A DNA stretch of 64,000 nucleotides, from positions 116,494-180,493 of the forward strand of contig CAYVFE010000002.1 in NCBI GenBank assembly GCA_964450885.1, given 5' to 3'. Position 1 is the first letter of the stretch; every line of letters starts with the position of its first letter. Source of the DNA: an uncultured Gammaproteobacteria bacterium. GTDB taxonomy: Bacteria; Patescibacteriota; Microgenomatia; Levybacterales; GWA1-39-11. The notes below the pieces were generated by a model. The model did not search any database. It saw only the letters and a list, made by a program, of their open reading frames with translations, and was not told the origin of the DNA. A program made the translations under genes and the position numbers. Positions 39,184 through 48,319 of this stretch are shown here, piece after piece.

Positions 39184-39723
39184 TTACAATCCTAACTTTT
39201 TTGCGCAGAGTCCCCAGACTCCCCACCCTCTCTTTTGCTGTAAAGCTTTACCTTTTTCTATCTGCTCTTCTTTCGATGCGTCTGAGGGCAATCCTGTTCC
39301 CCCTACACTATTCCATGCACCTTGTGAGAATTGAAGACCTCCATAATATCCATTTCCCGTGTTTATACCCCAATTTCCCCCTGATTCACAAGATGCTATT
39401 GCATCCCATATGTCTTCGCTTCCTGCATCTTTGGCAGGTTCTGGATCTTTTATGACGATGTGGCTGGCGGAATCGATTTCGGAATAGTCGTGTGAAAGGG
39501 TCGATACCGACTCTACAGCATATGAATATGGAAAGCTTAGATAGTTATCGAACGTTAATCCTTCCTTTGTATAGCCAAGATAAACCTCCTCTTCCTCTGA
39601 AAATGCCTGATGTGTAGTCTCGATAAATAAAAGTCCTGTGAAGACAAAAATTACGAGCAAGAAAGCCAGTCTCTCACCCAAAAAATAGAACGACTTATGC
39701 GCAAGTGTTTTTGCTTTTTGCAT
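39184..39723 (-). CDS. Membrane-anchored resuscitation-promoting-factor (Rpf) transglycosylase
   Basis: WDAIASCESGGNWGINTGNGYYGGLQFSQGAW...GWGVWGLC; N-terminal TM. Confidence 0.9.
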   Translation of the reverse strand: MQKAKTLAHKSFYFLGERLAFLLVIFVFTGLLFIETTHQAFSEEEEVYLGYTKEGLTFDNYLSFPYSYAVESVSTLSHDYSEIDSASHIVIKDPEPAKDAGSEDIWDAIASCESGGNWGINTGNGYYGGLQFSQGAWNSVGGTGLPSDASKEEQIEKGKALQQKRGWGVWGLCAKKLGL

Positions 39724-39858
39724 AAAGGGCAATTCCTATTATAGCAAATCAGTTCCTAAGTTTCTTTTCCTAGGCTCTTCTGACCTCGCCCACAAATCAG
39801 ATATACCGGAATTATGAAATATTGACTCTTTTCGAATTTTAGTCCTAAATAGTTATAT

Positions 39859-39966
39859 ATGACAAAAAAGAAAGGTCTTCCTAAAAGATATCACCTGATC
39901 ATACTGGGGATTATCATAATAGGCAGTATATTATTAGTAGTCTTTCAGACCAGCCCGGGCATCTAA
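39859..39966 (+). CDS. 35-aa single-TM microprotein (not in the ORF track)
   Basis: MTKKKGLPKRYHLIILGIIIIGSILLVVFQTSPGI; basic N-terminus then TM; TTGACT upstream. Confidence 0.5.
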   Translation: MTKKKGLPKRYHLIILGIIIIGSILLVVFQTSPGI

Positions 39967-40718
39967 TTCTCGACGGCGCGTGCCGCCTGACGGTATTTAC
40001 AATAATCGCAATCTTCACCAGATTTGGGAATCGCATCCAGATTCAAACACTCTATTGCATCTCGAATTGTCCGCTCTACCCAACTATCATCTCCATCATA
40101 TGGAAGGAGTTTTATGTTGAATTCCAACTTTGCGTCAAAAGCTTTTTTGTCAGCATCTCCGTTACAATAAACAAAATATCCAGTGTCGCTCACGTCAAAT
40201 CCGTTTTTCCGGAATAACCACTGATATATTTCCATTTGCCTTTTGTATCCGTCTTGCCATGGCGCATCCAGGCTCACTTCACCACTTTTAGATGTCGCTT
40301 TATAGTCAACGATAATAAGCTTTCCATCCGCAGACTTCCAGACGTCATCTACTCCCCCGGTCACCACCACTTTCGTACCTTCTATAGGAATAGTAATTCC
40401 ACGGCGCAATGAATCTCTCCACTCATCCATTTTTGAGTGAGAAAACGGTATGGCATCAACTCCATATTCTTTCATCAATGGATGCGCCGTGTTATTTGCC
40501 CTATGAATATCGAATTCTTTTTTTAAAAGTGCATCGACGGCAGAATTCAGGCTAAAAGGATATCCAGGAGGCTGACCGACACCCAGTCTCCTATCCATGT
40601 AAAAACATCTCGGACAACTTACGAATAGATCTATCTTTGAACGGCTTAGCCTAAATGGTTCTTGCGTGTTGGGGTCATATACATTTCTTTTTCTACTGGG
40701 GTTATAGTACTGGGACAT
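39963..40718 (-). CDS. PD-(D/E)xK nuclease family protein (RecB/Cas4-like, four Cys)
   Basis: LSRSKIDLFVSCPRCF, GGVDD, IVDYKAT, QMEIY and CDYC. Confidence 0.85.
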   Translation of the reverse strand: MSQYYNPSRKRNVYDPNTQEPFRLSRSKIDLFVSCPRCFYMDRRLGVGQPPGYPFSLNSAVDALLKKEFDIHRANNTAHPLMKEYGVDAIPFSHSKMDEWRDSLRRGITIPIEGTKVVVTGGVDDVWKSADGKLIIVDYKATSKSGEVSLDAPWQDGYKRQMEIYQWLFRKNGFDVSDTGYFVYCNGDADKKAFDAKLEFNIKLLPYDGDDSWVERTIRDAIECLNLDAIPKSGEDCDYCKYRQAARAVEN

Positions 40719-40744
40719 CTATCAATTATACTACTTCTATTCAT

Positions 40745-40779
40745 GCGCCGGAAAGTGTCTTTGGCTTTCTTTCCGGCGC
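40745..40779 (-). terminator. Hairpin downstream of the general stress protein gene
   Basis: GCGCCGGAAAG...CTTTCCGGCGC, a perfect 11-bp stem. Confidence 0.65.
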
Positions 40780-40800
40780 TTATACTACTATCATAGTCAG

Positions 40801-41340
40801 CTAAGCAGTCATGTAGTCGTGCGCATTCTCTATGCGTCTGACCTGTTCAGCATTATGATCATGAAGGATTGTTGTTACTTCGTTCTCCTCACCAAATTGA
40901 GTTGGTACGGCTATAACAACTCCACCTTCTTTTATCCTCTTCTCGTAGGTATGGGCATCCTGAGCACTAAGTCCTAGCTGACCCAGGAGTCCTAATATTC
41001 CTCCTGCAAGAGCTCCGGTCGCAGCAGCCGAAGTCGTTACAGCTGCAGCTCCTCCGAGACCTAACGCAGCAGCGAGAGGACCTCCTATAAATAGAGCGCC
41101 CAGTCCGGGAAGGATGCCTGCGCTAACTAGAAGCCCTGCAAGAGCTCCTACTACAGCACCCGTTGTTGCGCCTCCGACAGCACCACCTGCAGCCTTGCCG
41201 CTTTGTTCTGTAACCCTGTTGTTATCATCTTTCATGATGATAGTAAAATCCTTCGGGTTATAGTCTTTCGCTTCAAGAGAAGCAATCGCTTCCTCAGCGT
41301 GTGCTCTGTCCGGTAGAATTCCGATTATTGTACTTGCCAT
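40801..41340 (-). CDS. General stress protein (YflT/17M-like, Gly/Ala-rich)
   Basis: AEEAIASL...GATTGAVVG...IPGLG-like...GGPLAAAL...YEKRIKEGGVVIAV; GGGAGGTGA SD. Confidence 0.85.
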   Translation of the reverse strand: MASTIIGILPDRAHAEEAIASLEAKDYNPKDFTIIMKDDNNRVTEQSGKAAGGAVGGATTGAVVGALAGLLVSAGILPGLGALFIGGPLAAALGLGGAAAVTTSAAATGALAGGILGLLGQLGLSAQDAHTYEKRIKEGGVVIAVPTQFGEENEVTTILHDHNAEQVRRIENAHDYMTA

Positions 41341-41466
41341 ATCATTTCACCTCCCTTCATGCACATAAACTTTAGTTTATTAACCTCAAGGGAGTTTGAA
41401 ATGGGAGTAAACAAAATGTAAGAAATATTATTTAATCCAGCGAAAATTTTGGGCTATAATACACAT

Positions 41467-42015
41467 ATGCTCAGCTTTGTATCGACAAACAAAGACAAAA
41501 TAAACATGGCAAAAAGGGAACTCGATACTTTCGGGATTAGATTTAAACCTGTAAAAATCGACCTGATTGAAATCCAAAGCGAATCAGCTAGAACGATCGC
41601 GATCGATAAGGCAGAAAGTGCTTATAAAATTGTCAGAAAACCGCTTATCATCTCAGATCACGTTTGGGAATTTCCGGCATTGAATAATTTTCCCGGACCT
41701 TATATGAAATACATGAATATCTGGCTGAAAAGCGAAGACTTTCTCAATCTTCTTAGGCCCTATACTGACAAAAGGCTCATTTTTAAAGAGAATCTAATAT
41801 ATAAAGACAAAGATATCCTAAAGATATTTTCATATAAATCAGAAGGCAAAGCTCTCTCTAAGCCTCAAGGCAAGGGACTACCAGCGATGAGGATAGTCAG
41901 CTTTTTACCTGACGGAAAATCTGTCGCGCAGTGTCTAGGTGAAAATATAAGATTTGCGAAAAATTATTCGATCTGGGAAAGATTTGCAAAATGGTATCTT
42001 AAGAAATCCAGCTAA
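41467..42015 (+). CDS. Ham1/RdgB-family non-canonical NTP pyrophosphatase (divergent)
   Basis: STNKDK, EIQ, IAIDKA and ALNNFPGPYMK. Confidence 0.82.
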   Translation: MLSFVSTNKDKINMAKRELDTFGIRFKPVKIDLIEIQSESARTIAIDKAESAYKIVRKPLIISDHVWEFPALNNFPGPYMKYMNIWLKSEDFLNLLRPYTDKRLIFKENLIYKDKDILKIFSYKSEGKALSKPQGKGLPAMRIVSFLPDGKSVAQCLGENIRFAKNYSIWERFAKWYLKKSS

Positions 42016-42307
42016 GATTTATCGTCATCCTTTTCTCTATTTTGTTTCTTTTTATGAATCCTGCCGGAAGTTCAATCACAGTATCATATTTGGGATTCCA
42101 CGCAAAGATTCTATTTCTGGAGAGATTTTCTTTTATCGTTAGGACCTTATTTTCTTTATCAAGCACGAGAACATCGATGGGAAATTTCATGAAGAATGTG
42201 TGGATCCCGAATCGCGTATTAAATAGTACTGGATAGGCCTCATCTGCTGTTATCAAACCGAAAGTTTTCTCTCTAATTCCCTTCAATCGCTTGACCTTTA
42301 GATTCAT
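41999..42307 (-). CDS. DUF192 family protein
   Basis: GIHTFFMKFPIDVLVLD...VIELPAG. Confidence 0.88.
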   Translation of the reverse strand: MNLKVKRLKGIREKTFGLITADEAYPVLFNTRFGIHTFFMKFPIDVLVLDKENKVLTIKENLSRNRIFAWNPKYDTVIELPAGFIKRNKIEKRMTINLSWIS

Positions 42308-42338
42308 TAAATTTTGATAACCCTTCTAATACTCAGAC

Positions 42339-42488
42339 CTATCGATCGGCTATCACCGTATTTGCTGATTCTTGAGCTTTATCATTAACCATAGTGTCTC
42401 CCCGCAATACCAAATATATAGCAAGCACAGTTATTATTCCCAGAATAACGATAAACACCCTCCTTTTATTTACTTGATTTTTGAACAT
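42339..42488 (-). CDS. 49-aa single-TM microprotein (not in the ORF track)
   Basis: MFKNQVNKRRVFIVILGIITVLAIYLVLRGDTMVNDKAQESANTVIADR. Confidence 0.5.
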   Translation of the reverse strand: MFKNQVNKRRVFIVILGIITVLAIYLVLRGDTMVNDKAQESANTVIADR

Positions 42489-42496
42489 ACGAATTT

Positions 42497-42610
42497 CTAT
42501 CTAAGAAAGCTGTATTTAAAGATGGCTAGATGGTAACGGAGACTGAGTCTGAAAGATGATCTACTTATTGAAGGTCTTGCTTTATAAAGATGGGCAACTT
42601 TTTTTTGCAT
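42497..42610 (-). CDS. Possible 37-aa basic microprotein
   Basis: TTGACA-N18-AATAAT-N5-ATG; MQKKVAHLYKARPSISRSSFRLSLRYHLAIFKYSFLR; ends 8 nt before the next ORF. Confidence 0.35.
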   Translation of the reverse strand: MQKKVAHLYKARPSISRSSFRLSLRYHLAIFKYSFLR

Positions 42611-42731
42611 TATATATTATTGATATAAATTTTATCCTATGTCAACAGTAGATTCTTAAAATATTGGAATATATTGATATAGAATTATACTCTTGACAAA
42701 AAACACCGGTGTTAATATATATAAATTAGTG

Positions 42732-43685
42732 ATGAGAAAGCTGCTGCCTATATTTATCGCTCCACTTATTATTCTTCTTCTGATTTCATCCCTATATACA
42801 CCTAACAAAAATGTCGCATTTGCAGAAACAGCGGAACACTTAGTAATCTCAGAAATTCAAATAGGTGGAGATGTTACCGGTGATGAATTTATCGAAATAT
42901 ATAATCCTACAGATTCGACCGTAACGCTTGATGGGTATAGACTAACAAGAAAAGCATCAGGAGCCGGAGCTGAAAGCAACCTGGTCGCAAGCATGTCAGG
43001 CACGATATCGCCGCACGGTTATTTTCTAGTAGCATCCAACGAATATGATGGGACAATTTCGCCCGACAATTTATACTCCAATACCGGAAACAGGCTCGGT
43101 GCCGGCAATGTTGTTGTCCTGTATAGTGACGCGGGGCTGACTGAGGTAGACAAGGTGGGATTTGGTGAAGCTGTCGATTCTGAGGATTCTCCGACAGAAA
43201 ATCCGGCACCAAATGGCAGCATAGAACGCAAAGCTACATCTTCCGCGAGCACAGAGAGCATGGGAACTGGAGGAAGTGACGAAACGAACGGCAATGGCGA
43301 AGATAACGATAATAACTCCTCTGACTTTGTTCTGCAGCCGCTATCAAACCCTCAAAACTCGCAATCTGCAGTTGAGATGGTAGAGTCCAGCCCGACAGAA
43401 AGTCCAACAGAAACACCTAGCCCCACGGATGACCCAAGCATTACACCTAGTCCGACAGATGAGCCCACAGATACTCCCACAACAACTCCTACGGACGAGC
43501 CTACACAAACACCCACCCCCACAGATGAACCAACTCCGTCTGAAAGCCCTACTCCTACACCGACAGCAAAACCTACGTCCAGAATGCTACTTGGATTTTT
43601 CCCTCTGTCAAGAACGATTTGCTATGTTGATTACTCGAGAGGTTTCTTTTTCTTCTTCCCCAAAATTTCCTGCGTAAGAATCTAA
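42732..43685 (+). CDS. Secreted lamin-tail-domain protein with a PT-repeat stalk
   Basis: HLVISEIQ...[10 protein letters not shown]; DNDNNSSDF; repeated TPTDEP units. Confidence 0.85.
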   Translation: MRKLLPIFIAPLIILLLISSLYTPNKNVAFAETAEHLVISEIQIGGDVTGDEFIEIYNPTDSTVTLDGYRLTRKASGAGAESNLVASMSGTISPHGYFLVASNEYDGTISPDNLYSNTGNRLGAGNVVVLYSDAGLTEVDKVGFGEAVDSEDSPTENPAPNGSIERKATSSASTESMGTGGSDETNGNGEDNDNNSSDFVLQPLSNPQNSQSAVEMVESSPTESPTETPSPTDDPSITPSPTDEPTDTPTTTPTDEPTQTPTPTDEPTPSESPTPTPTAKPTSRMLLGFFPLSRTICYVDYSRGFFFFFPKISCVRI

Positions 43686-43715
43686 CGCTCTTTAATCCGT
43701 GATATCATATTTCTC

Positions 43716-44234
43716 ATGTTAGTTTTTATCATCAATTTTTTTCTTATTATTATCGGCCTCCTGCTTATTTACATAATTTATATACTTTCCTACTCTATTC
43801 TTTTTGGTGCACCTTTTGCCGTAACCCGAAAGCCCAAAATGGAAAAGATGCTGGACATGCTTCGACTTAAGCCTGGAGATAAATTCGCAGACCTGGGATC
43901 AGGCGATGGAAGGATCGTGATCGCGGCCGCGCGCAGAGGTGCGCAGGCCCATGGCTATGAGTTAAATCCTATACTTGTTCTCGTAGCAAGACGCAAGATC
44001 AAAAAGGCGCACTTAGAACACATTGCATATATCCATAGGAAAAGCTACTGGGATGTAAGTCTCAAAAATTTCACTGCCGTAACAGTCTTTGGTATAAAAC
44101 ATATAATGCCCTCACTGGAGAAAAAATTAGATCTGGAGTTAAAAAAGAATAGTCTGGTGGTAAGTAATCATTTTAAGTTCCCGAAATGGAAAATATACAA
44201 AAAGGAGGAAAATTTATACTTATATAAAAAGTAA
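43716..44234 (+). CDS. Membrane-anchored class I SAM methyltransferase (FAM173-like)
   Basis: GAPF, DLGSGDGRIV, GYELNP and VVSNHF. Confidence 0.85.
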   Translation: MLVFIINFFLIIIGLLLIYIIYILSYSILFGAPFAVTRKPKMEKMLDMLRLKPGDKFADLGSGDGRIVIAAARRGAQAHGYELNPILVLVARRKIKKAHLEHIAYIHRKSYWDVSLKNFTAVTVFGIKHIMPSLEKKLDLELKKNSLVVSNHFKFPKWKIYKKEENLYLYKK

Positions 44235-44285
44235 TATATGATATCACAGGATACGATTGGTTGATTTCATATCCACGCAATATCT

Positions 44286-44441
44286 CTACATAACTATGCC
44301 AGCAAGTCTTACGACAAAACTTTTTATATAATCAGTAAAAGCGTTAGTGGTTTTCTTTTCGGACTTTGCGTTATCAGCATAAGAGTCCTCTAGATCCACA
44401 CAGTACCAGCACTTTTCATGACGGTCGCTATAATTTTCCAT
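44286..44441 (-). CDS. 51-aa microprotein with CxxC (not in the ORF track)
   Basis: AAGGAAGGTGGTGA SD; MENYSDRHEKCWYCVDLEDSYADNAKSEKKTTNAFTDYIKSFVVRLAGIVM. Confidence 0.5.
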   Translation of the reverse strand: MENYSDRHEKCWYCVDLEDSYADNAKSEKKTTNAFTDYIKSFVVRLAGIVM

Positions 44442-44551
44442 AATTCACCACCTTCCTTATAGTAATCCTAAACTAATTTAATATAGTTCGGGATAGAAGA
44501 CTGTAATGGATATTACTAAAGTTTTGTAAGAAATATTACATTAAATCTCTC

Positions 44552-44653
44552 CTAGTTGAAGATTCCGGCTATCAAATATATAAAGCCATATATGGCCAAA
44601 ATAACAAATGCTATTATCCTTATCCAAAAGAAAAATTTGTTGAAATAGTGCAT
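44552..44653 (-). CDS. 33-aa single-TM microprotein (not in the ORF track)
   Basis: TATACT-N6-ATG; MHYFNKFFFWIRIIAFVILAIYGFIYLIAGIFN. Confidence 0.5.
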   Translation of the reverse strand: MHYFNKFFFWIRIIAFVILAIYGFIYLIAGIFN

Positions 44654-44684
44654 ACGATTAGTATACACTATGACAACTTGCTAC

Positions 44685-45806
44685 ATGAAAAAAAGCATCT
44701 TTTTTCTATTGGTACTAGCGATCTTAGGTCTTATCATCTTCTCGCTACTTTCCTTTACAAAAATCCTGAGTCGCTCAAACCTTCCTCTTGAAAAAGTGAA
44801 CATCATAGATGAAATAGAGATTCCTGCAGAGGATATTCCACGCGTGTCTGTCATCGCCGACAATCTCATGGTTCCCTGGGCCATCGCATTCTTGCCTGAC
44901 AGAAAAATTTTGGTTACAGAAAGAAATGGAGGGGTAAAGCTGATTGATGGTGACAATGTAAAAAAGATAGCAGATATTGATGTCGTCAGTACAAGTGAAA
45001 GCGGTCTTCACGGGGTTGCTATCGATCCTGACTTTTCTGACAATAATTTTATCTATTTATACTACACTACGCGTCCAAATGGTGAGAATACACTCAATCG
45101 CGTCTCAAGATTTTTTCTAGATGATGAGTTGACGCTCCGGGATGAAAAGATAATTATTGATAATATACCAGGTGCTCCAAGACATGATGGCGGAAGGATA
45201 AAATTCGGACCAGATGGGTATCTTTACATAGCAACGGGTGATGCAACCGAGCCTTCCCTATCACAAGACAGAAATTCTCTCGCAGGAAAAATACTTAGAG
45301 TGGATAAGGGTGGCGGAACTCCTGCTGATAATCCTTTTGGCAATCCCATATTCTCCTATGGTCACAGAAATCCGCAAGGACTGGCGTGGGATAACAACGG
45401 AAATCTATTCAGTACAGAACACGGGAATAGTGCAACAGATGAATTTAACGCAGTTGAGATGGGAGATAATTATGGGTGGCCTCTTATCTCAGGGAATATG
45501 TCGCGCGAGCAAATGCACTCACCTCTTGTCCAGAGCGGAAATGACACGTGGGCTCCTGCCGGGCTCGCATTTATCGACGATAAATTCTATTTTGGCGGAC
45601 TACGTGGAAATGCTTTATATAGAGTTGAAAAAGTAAATGATGAGTATCTCGTGAGCGAGTATTTCAAAGGAGAATTCGGCAGAATCAGGGAGGTGATCGT
45701 TGGACCGGATGATATGCTCTACATTACAACCTCCAATACCGACGGCCGTGGCATCCCATCTGGAGATGATGATAAGATTATTCGGATAAATCCGGCGAAG
45801 CTGTAG
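44685..45806 (+). CDS. PQQ-dependent glucose/sorbosone dehydrogenase family protein
   Basis: PWAIAFLPD, HDGGRIKFGPDG, LAGKILR, YGHRNPQG and GRIR. Confidence 0.92.
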   Translation: MKKSIFFLLVLAILGLIIFSLLSFTKILSRSNLPLEKVNIIDEIEIPAEDIPRVSVIADNLMVPWAIAFLPDRKILVTERNGGVKLIDGDNVKKIADIDVVSTSESGLHGVAIDPDFSDNNFIYLYYTTRPNGENTLNRVSRFFLDDELTLRDEKIIIDNIPGAPRHDGGRIKFGPDGYLYIATGDATEPSLSQDRNSLAGKILRVDKGGGTPADNPFGNPIFSYGHRNPQGLAWDNNGNLFSTEHGNSATDEFNAVEMGDNYGWPLISGNMSREQMHSPLVQSGNDTWAPAGLAFIDDKFYFGGLRGNALYRVEKVNDEYLVSEYFKGEFGRIREVIVGPDDMLYITTSNTDGRGIPSGDDDKIIRINPAKL

Positions 45807-46392
45807 CTTCCTGATCTTCTATCTTTTTTACGTTATCCTCCACAAATTCTATAGTATTGATGAGTTTTACCAAATCCTCTTCAAGATCCTTATCTTCTTC
45901 CTTTATGGTTACATGAACAGCAAAGCTTCTTACGTCTTTGTTCGGGACCTCATTTGTGTAATAATCATAGCTAACATAGTCTTCGCCCTCTCTTACCCAC
46001 TTTATCCATTTCCTGTCATTGATATCGAGCATATCTTCTGAGGCTATATCATCAGGCTTTAACATATCATAAGGAACCTCAGAGTAATACAAAGAATTAT
46101 CTGTCGCTTCAGGAATATTTAGGACAACATCTTCAATGACTGACCCATTAAATGGTTCTCTTTCCTCAGGCTTCCATTCCGCAGGATGATAAAAATTTAT
46201 CGTCTGGCCATCGTACTGTTCCCAATCGGCAGGCACCTGATAACTGTCTCCTGCTACCTGAGAACTCTCATCACTGGATTCATTAACTACAGTTTCATTA
46301 AGCACAGGGTTTCTTGACACACTGTACCCAAAATATCCGACTACACCTATAACCAGCAGAAGCAGTATCCAATTCTTGGAATCCATAGGCAT
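45778..46392 (-). CDS. Hypothetical exported protein (possibly PsbP-like)
   Basis: N-terminal TM; WEQY....FYHPAEW pattern. Confidence 0.6.
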   Translation of the reverse strand: MPMDSKNWILLLLVIGVVGYFGYSVSRNPVLNETVVNESSDESSQVAGDSYQVPADWEQYDGQTINFYHPAEWKPEEREPFNGSVIEDVVLNIPEATDNSLYYSEVPYDMLKPDDIASEDMLDINDRKWIKWVREGEDYVSYDYYTNEVPNKDVRSFAVHVTIKEEDKDLEEDLVKLINTIEFVEDNVKKIEDQEATASPDLSE

Positions 46393-46395
46393 ATC

Positions 46396-47064
46396 CTACC
46401 ACACACGGTTGAAAAATCGTAGAAGCAAAATAACTAGCAAGTCTATAAAGATAGGGACTCCCAGGTATAACGATCCCATATAGAAAATCTTTGTCATCTC
46501 GATACTTCCCATCCATTCGATAGAAATATCAGGGAGTCTTATTCCAACGACAAAAGACACTATGCCGATGGTGATGATTGCTGCCATAAAAGGAAGCGCC
46601 GCCTGAAAATCTTTTCTGCTTGCGTACATAGTATTTGAGATTACAAAAATCACGTAAAGGCAGATGACAATTTTCAAAATATTGAATCCGGAAAAATCCT
46701 GGAGCATCAGATAGACTATAGAAAGAATAGACAACACGCCCACAAATAGCGGGGCCACTCCGATAAGAAATTCTTTTACCAGATTACTTTTGGCAACACT
46801 TACACTTCCAAGTTTTACATAGTCCCCCTCTCTTTTCGGAAACAGGCTAACTTTTCCGGTCGGGACACCTGCAAATTTGGCCATCAGATAATGAGACAAC
46901 TCATGAACAACCACTCCGGGGAAAAATATGAACGCCAGAAAATTTGTCGCAAGATTTTCTCTTTTTGTGACCTGAAAGATGAATAGATAAATCTCAGAAG
47001 TCAGTTGGCGTGAAAGTAAAAATAGAACCAGGATCAAAATATTGAATAGGGCAAAGTATTCCAT
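46396..47064 (-). CDS. Membrane zinc metalloprotease (M50-like)
   Basis: FPGVVVHELSH, IGVAP and ASRKD; multi-TM. Confidence 0.78.
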   Translation of the reverse strand: MEYFALFNILILVLFLLSRQLTSEIYLFIFQVTKRENLATNFLAFIFFPGVVVHELSHYLMAKFAGVPTGKVSLFPKREGDYVKLGSVSVAKSNLVKEFLIGVAPLFVGVLSILSIVYLMLQDFSGFNILKIVICLYVIFVISNTMYASRKDFQAALPFMAAIITIGIVSFVVGIRLPDISIEWMGSIEMTKIFYMGSLYLGVPIFIDLLVILLLRFFNRVW

Positions 47065-47555
47065 CAGAATCTAATCAATTCTATCAGATATTGTGGAACT
47101 CTATCCTGCCAATTCTCATCTTCCTTCAATAATTTTCTTATTTTTGTTCCTTCCCATAGCTCCCTATTTGAATAACCTGCTCTCCACACACGATATCTGG
47201 AGTTCTCGAAAATTTCATTTACCCAATCGTTGTCACCTATTACCGTAAAATCTTTTATGCTGATTTTTTTAAGAGCGATTTTCAACCACTCATCATCGCT
47301 GGGTATATCTTCTATGTGCTCGATCTTTATGATCCTATCTTCTATCTTTTCTTTTGCGATAAACTTTTCTATCATCTCGATCCTGGAATTCAAATCCCAG
47401 GGATTATTTATATCATCGATATTTGATGAGCCCACGAGGATAATTATTTTTTCAAACTTTTCCAAAGACTTTTTTATAAGCCATGCATGGCCCAAATGGA
47501 AAGGTTGAAAACGCCCGATAATAACACCAATACCATTCGTTTTGTTTTTCATCAA
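47064..47555 (-). CDS. Nicotinamide-nucleotide adenylyltransferase (NadM-like)
   Basis: IGRFQPFHLGH, GS...NPW and EGTKIR. Confidence 0.88.
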   Translation of the reverse strand: MMKNKTNGIGVIIGRFQPFHLGHAWLIKKSLEKFEKIIILVGSSNIDDINNPWDLNSRIEMIEKFIAKEKIEDRIIKIEHIEDIPSDDEWLKIALKKISIKDFTVIGDNDWVNEIFENSRYRVWRAGYSNRELWEGTKIRKLLKEDENWQDRVPQYLIELIRF

Positions 47556-47611
47556 ATCACTTTAAAAATTGACAGCGAGCTTATCAATCAGATATTAACT
47601 GCCAAAACTAT

Positions 47612-48319
47612 TTATATTTCTCCTTTCAGATATGCCTTTCTTTTACTATCATCGAATCTTTCGATCGCATATCTTAGCATCGTCCTTGGCATCGTCTTAT
47701 ATCTTGGTTTGAGAAATTCTTCAAGCTCTATACTCGACACCTTTTTTCCGGCTTCCCGCAGCATCCATCCCACGGCTTTCTGGATAAGATCATTCCTGTC
47801 GTTTATAAGAAGGTCCGCAATTTCATAAGTAGTTCTGCTATTTCCATTTATGATAAATTGATAAGTTGCGACTATAGCAATCCTTCTCTCCCAAAGATTT
47901 TTTGATGCAGCAAGTCTTCTGAGAAGTTCTTCTCTTTTGCTACTTATCATGTACTGACCAACTATTTTATATGCAGATGAGTCGACCAGATCCCAGTTAT
48001 TTATGTATTTTGTGCTCTTGAGATAAAAATTAAATATCTCCTCCTGCATCTTTTCATTCCCTTTTTTGAATTTATCCACGAGGATAAAAAGCGAGATCAG
48101 TCTTTCTTCATGGATCGGAGAAGTTATAAGCTTTTCTATATCTGGTAGTTCTAGTGACTTGAATTTCTTCGCAATTTGTCTTTGTGCAGGAACACTGATC
48201 CCTAAAAATTTATCTCCATATGCATACCCCCCCTTACCTGTCTTGAAAAACCTTTGGAGAAAAATTGCCTTTTGTGGATCTCCGGATTGTTTGATTTCTT
48301 CCCTGACCTTATCTATCAT
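47612..48319 (-). CDS. DNA alkylation repair glycosylase (AlkD family)
   Basis: FFKTGKGGY, NNWDLVD, LWERR and QKAVGWMLREAGK. Confidence 0.9.
   Translation of the reverse strand: MIDKVREEIKQSGDPQKAIFLQRFFKTGKGGYAYGDKFLGISVPAQRQIAKKFKSLELPDIEKLITSPIHEERLISLFILVDKFKKGNEKMQEEIFNFYLKSTKYINNWDLVDSSAYKIVGQYMISSKREELLRRLAASKNLWERRIAIVATYQFIINGNSRTTYEIADLLINDRNDLIQKAVGWMLREAGKKVSSIELEEFLKPRYKTMPRTMLRYAIERFDDSKRKAYLKGEI

Noticed and set aside
39963-40718. Cas4-like nuclease as a sign of CRISPR-Cas
   Set aside because: No repeat-spacer array or other cas genes in the window; solo PD-(D/E)xK nucleases are common
36820-40718. TopIB, exonuclease and PD-(D/E)xK genes as a defence island or prophage
   Set aside because: Mixed orientations, interleaved unrelated genes, and no integrase, phage structural or recognised defence genes
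43380-43575. PT/TPTDEP repeats as a DNA repeat element
   Set aside because: Degenerate at the DNA level; an ordinary low-complexity linker
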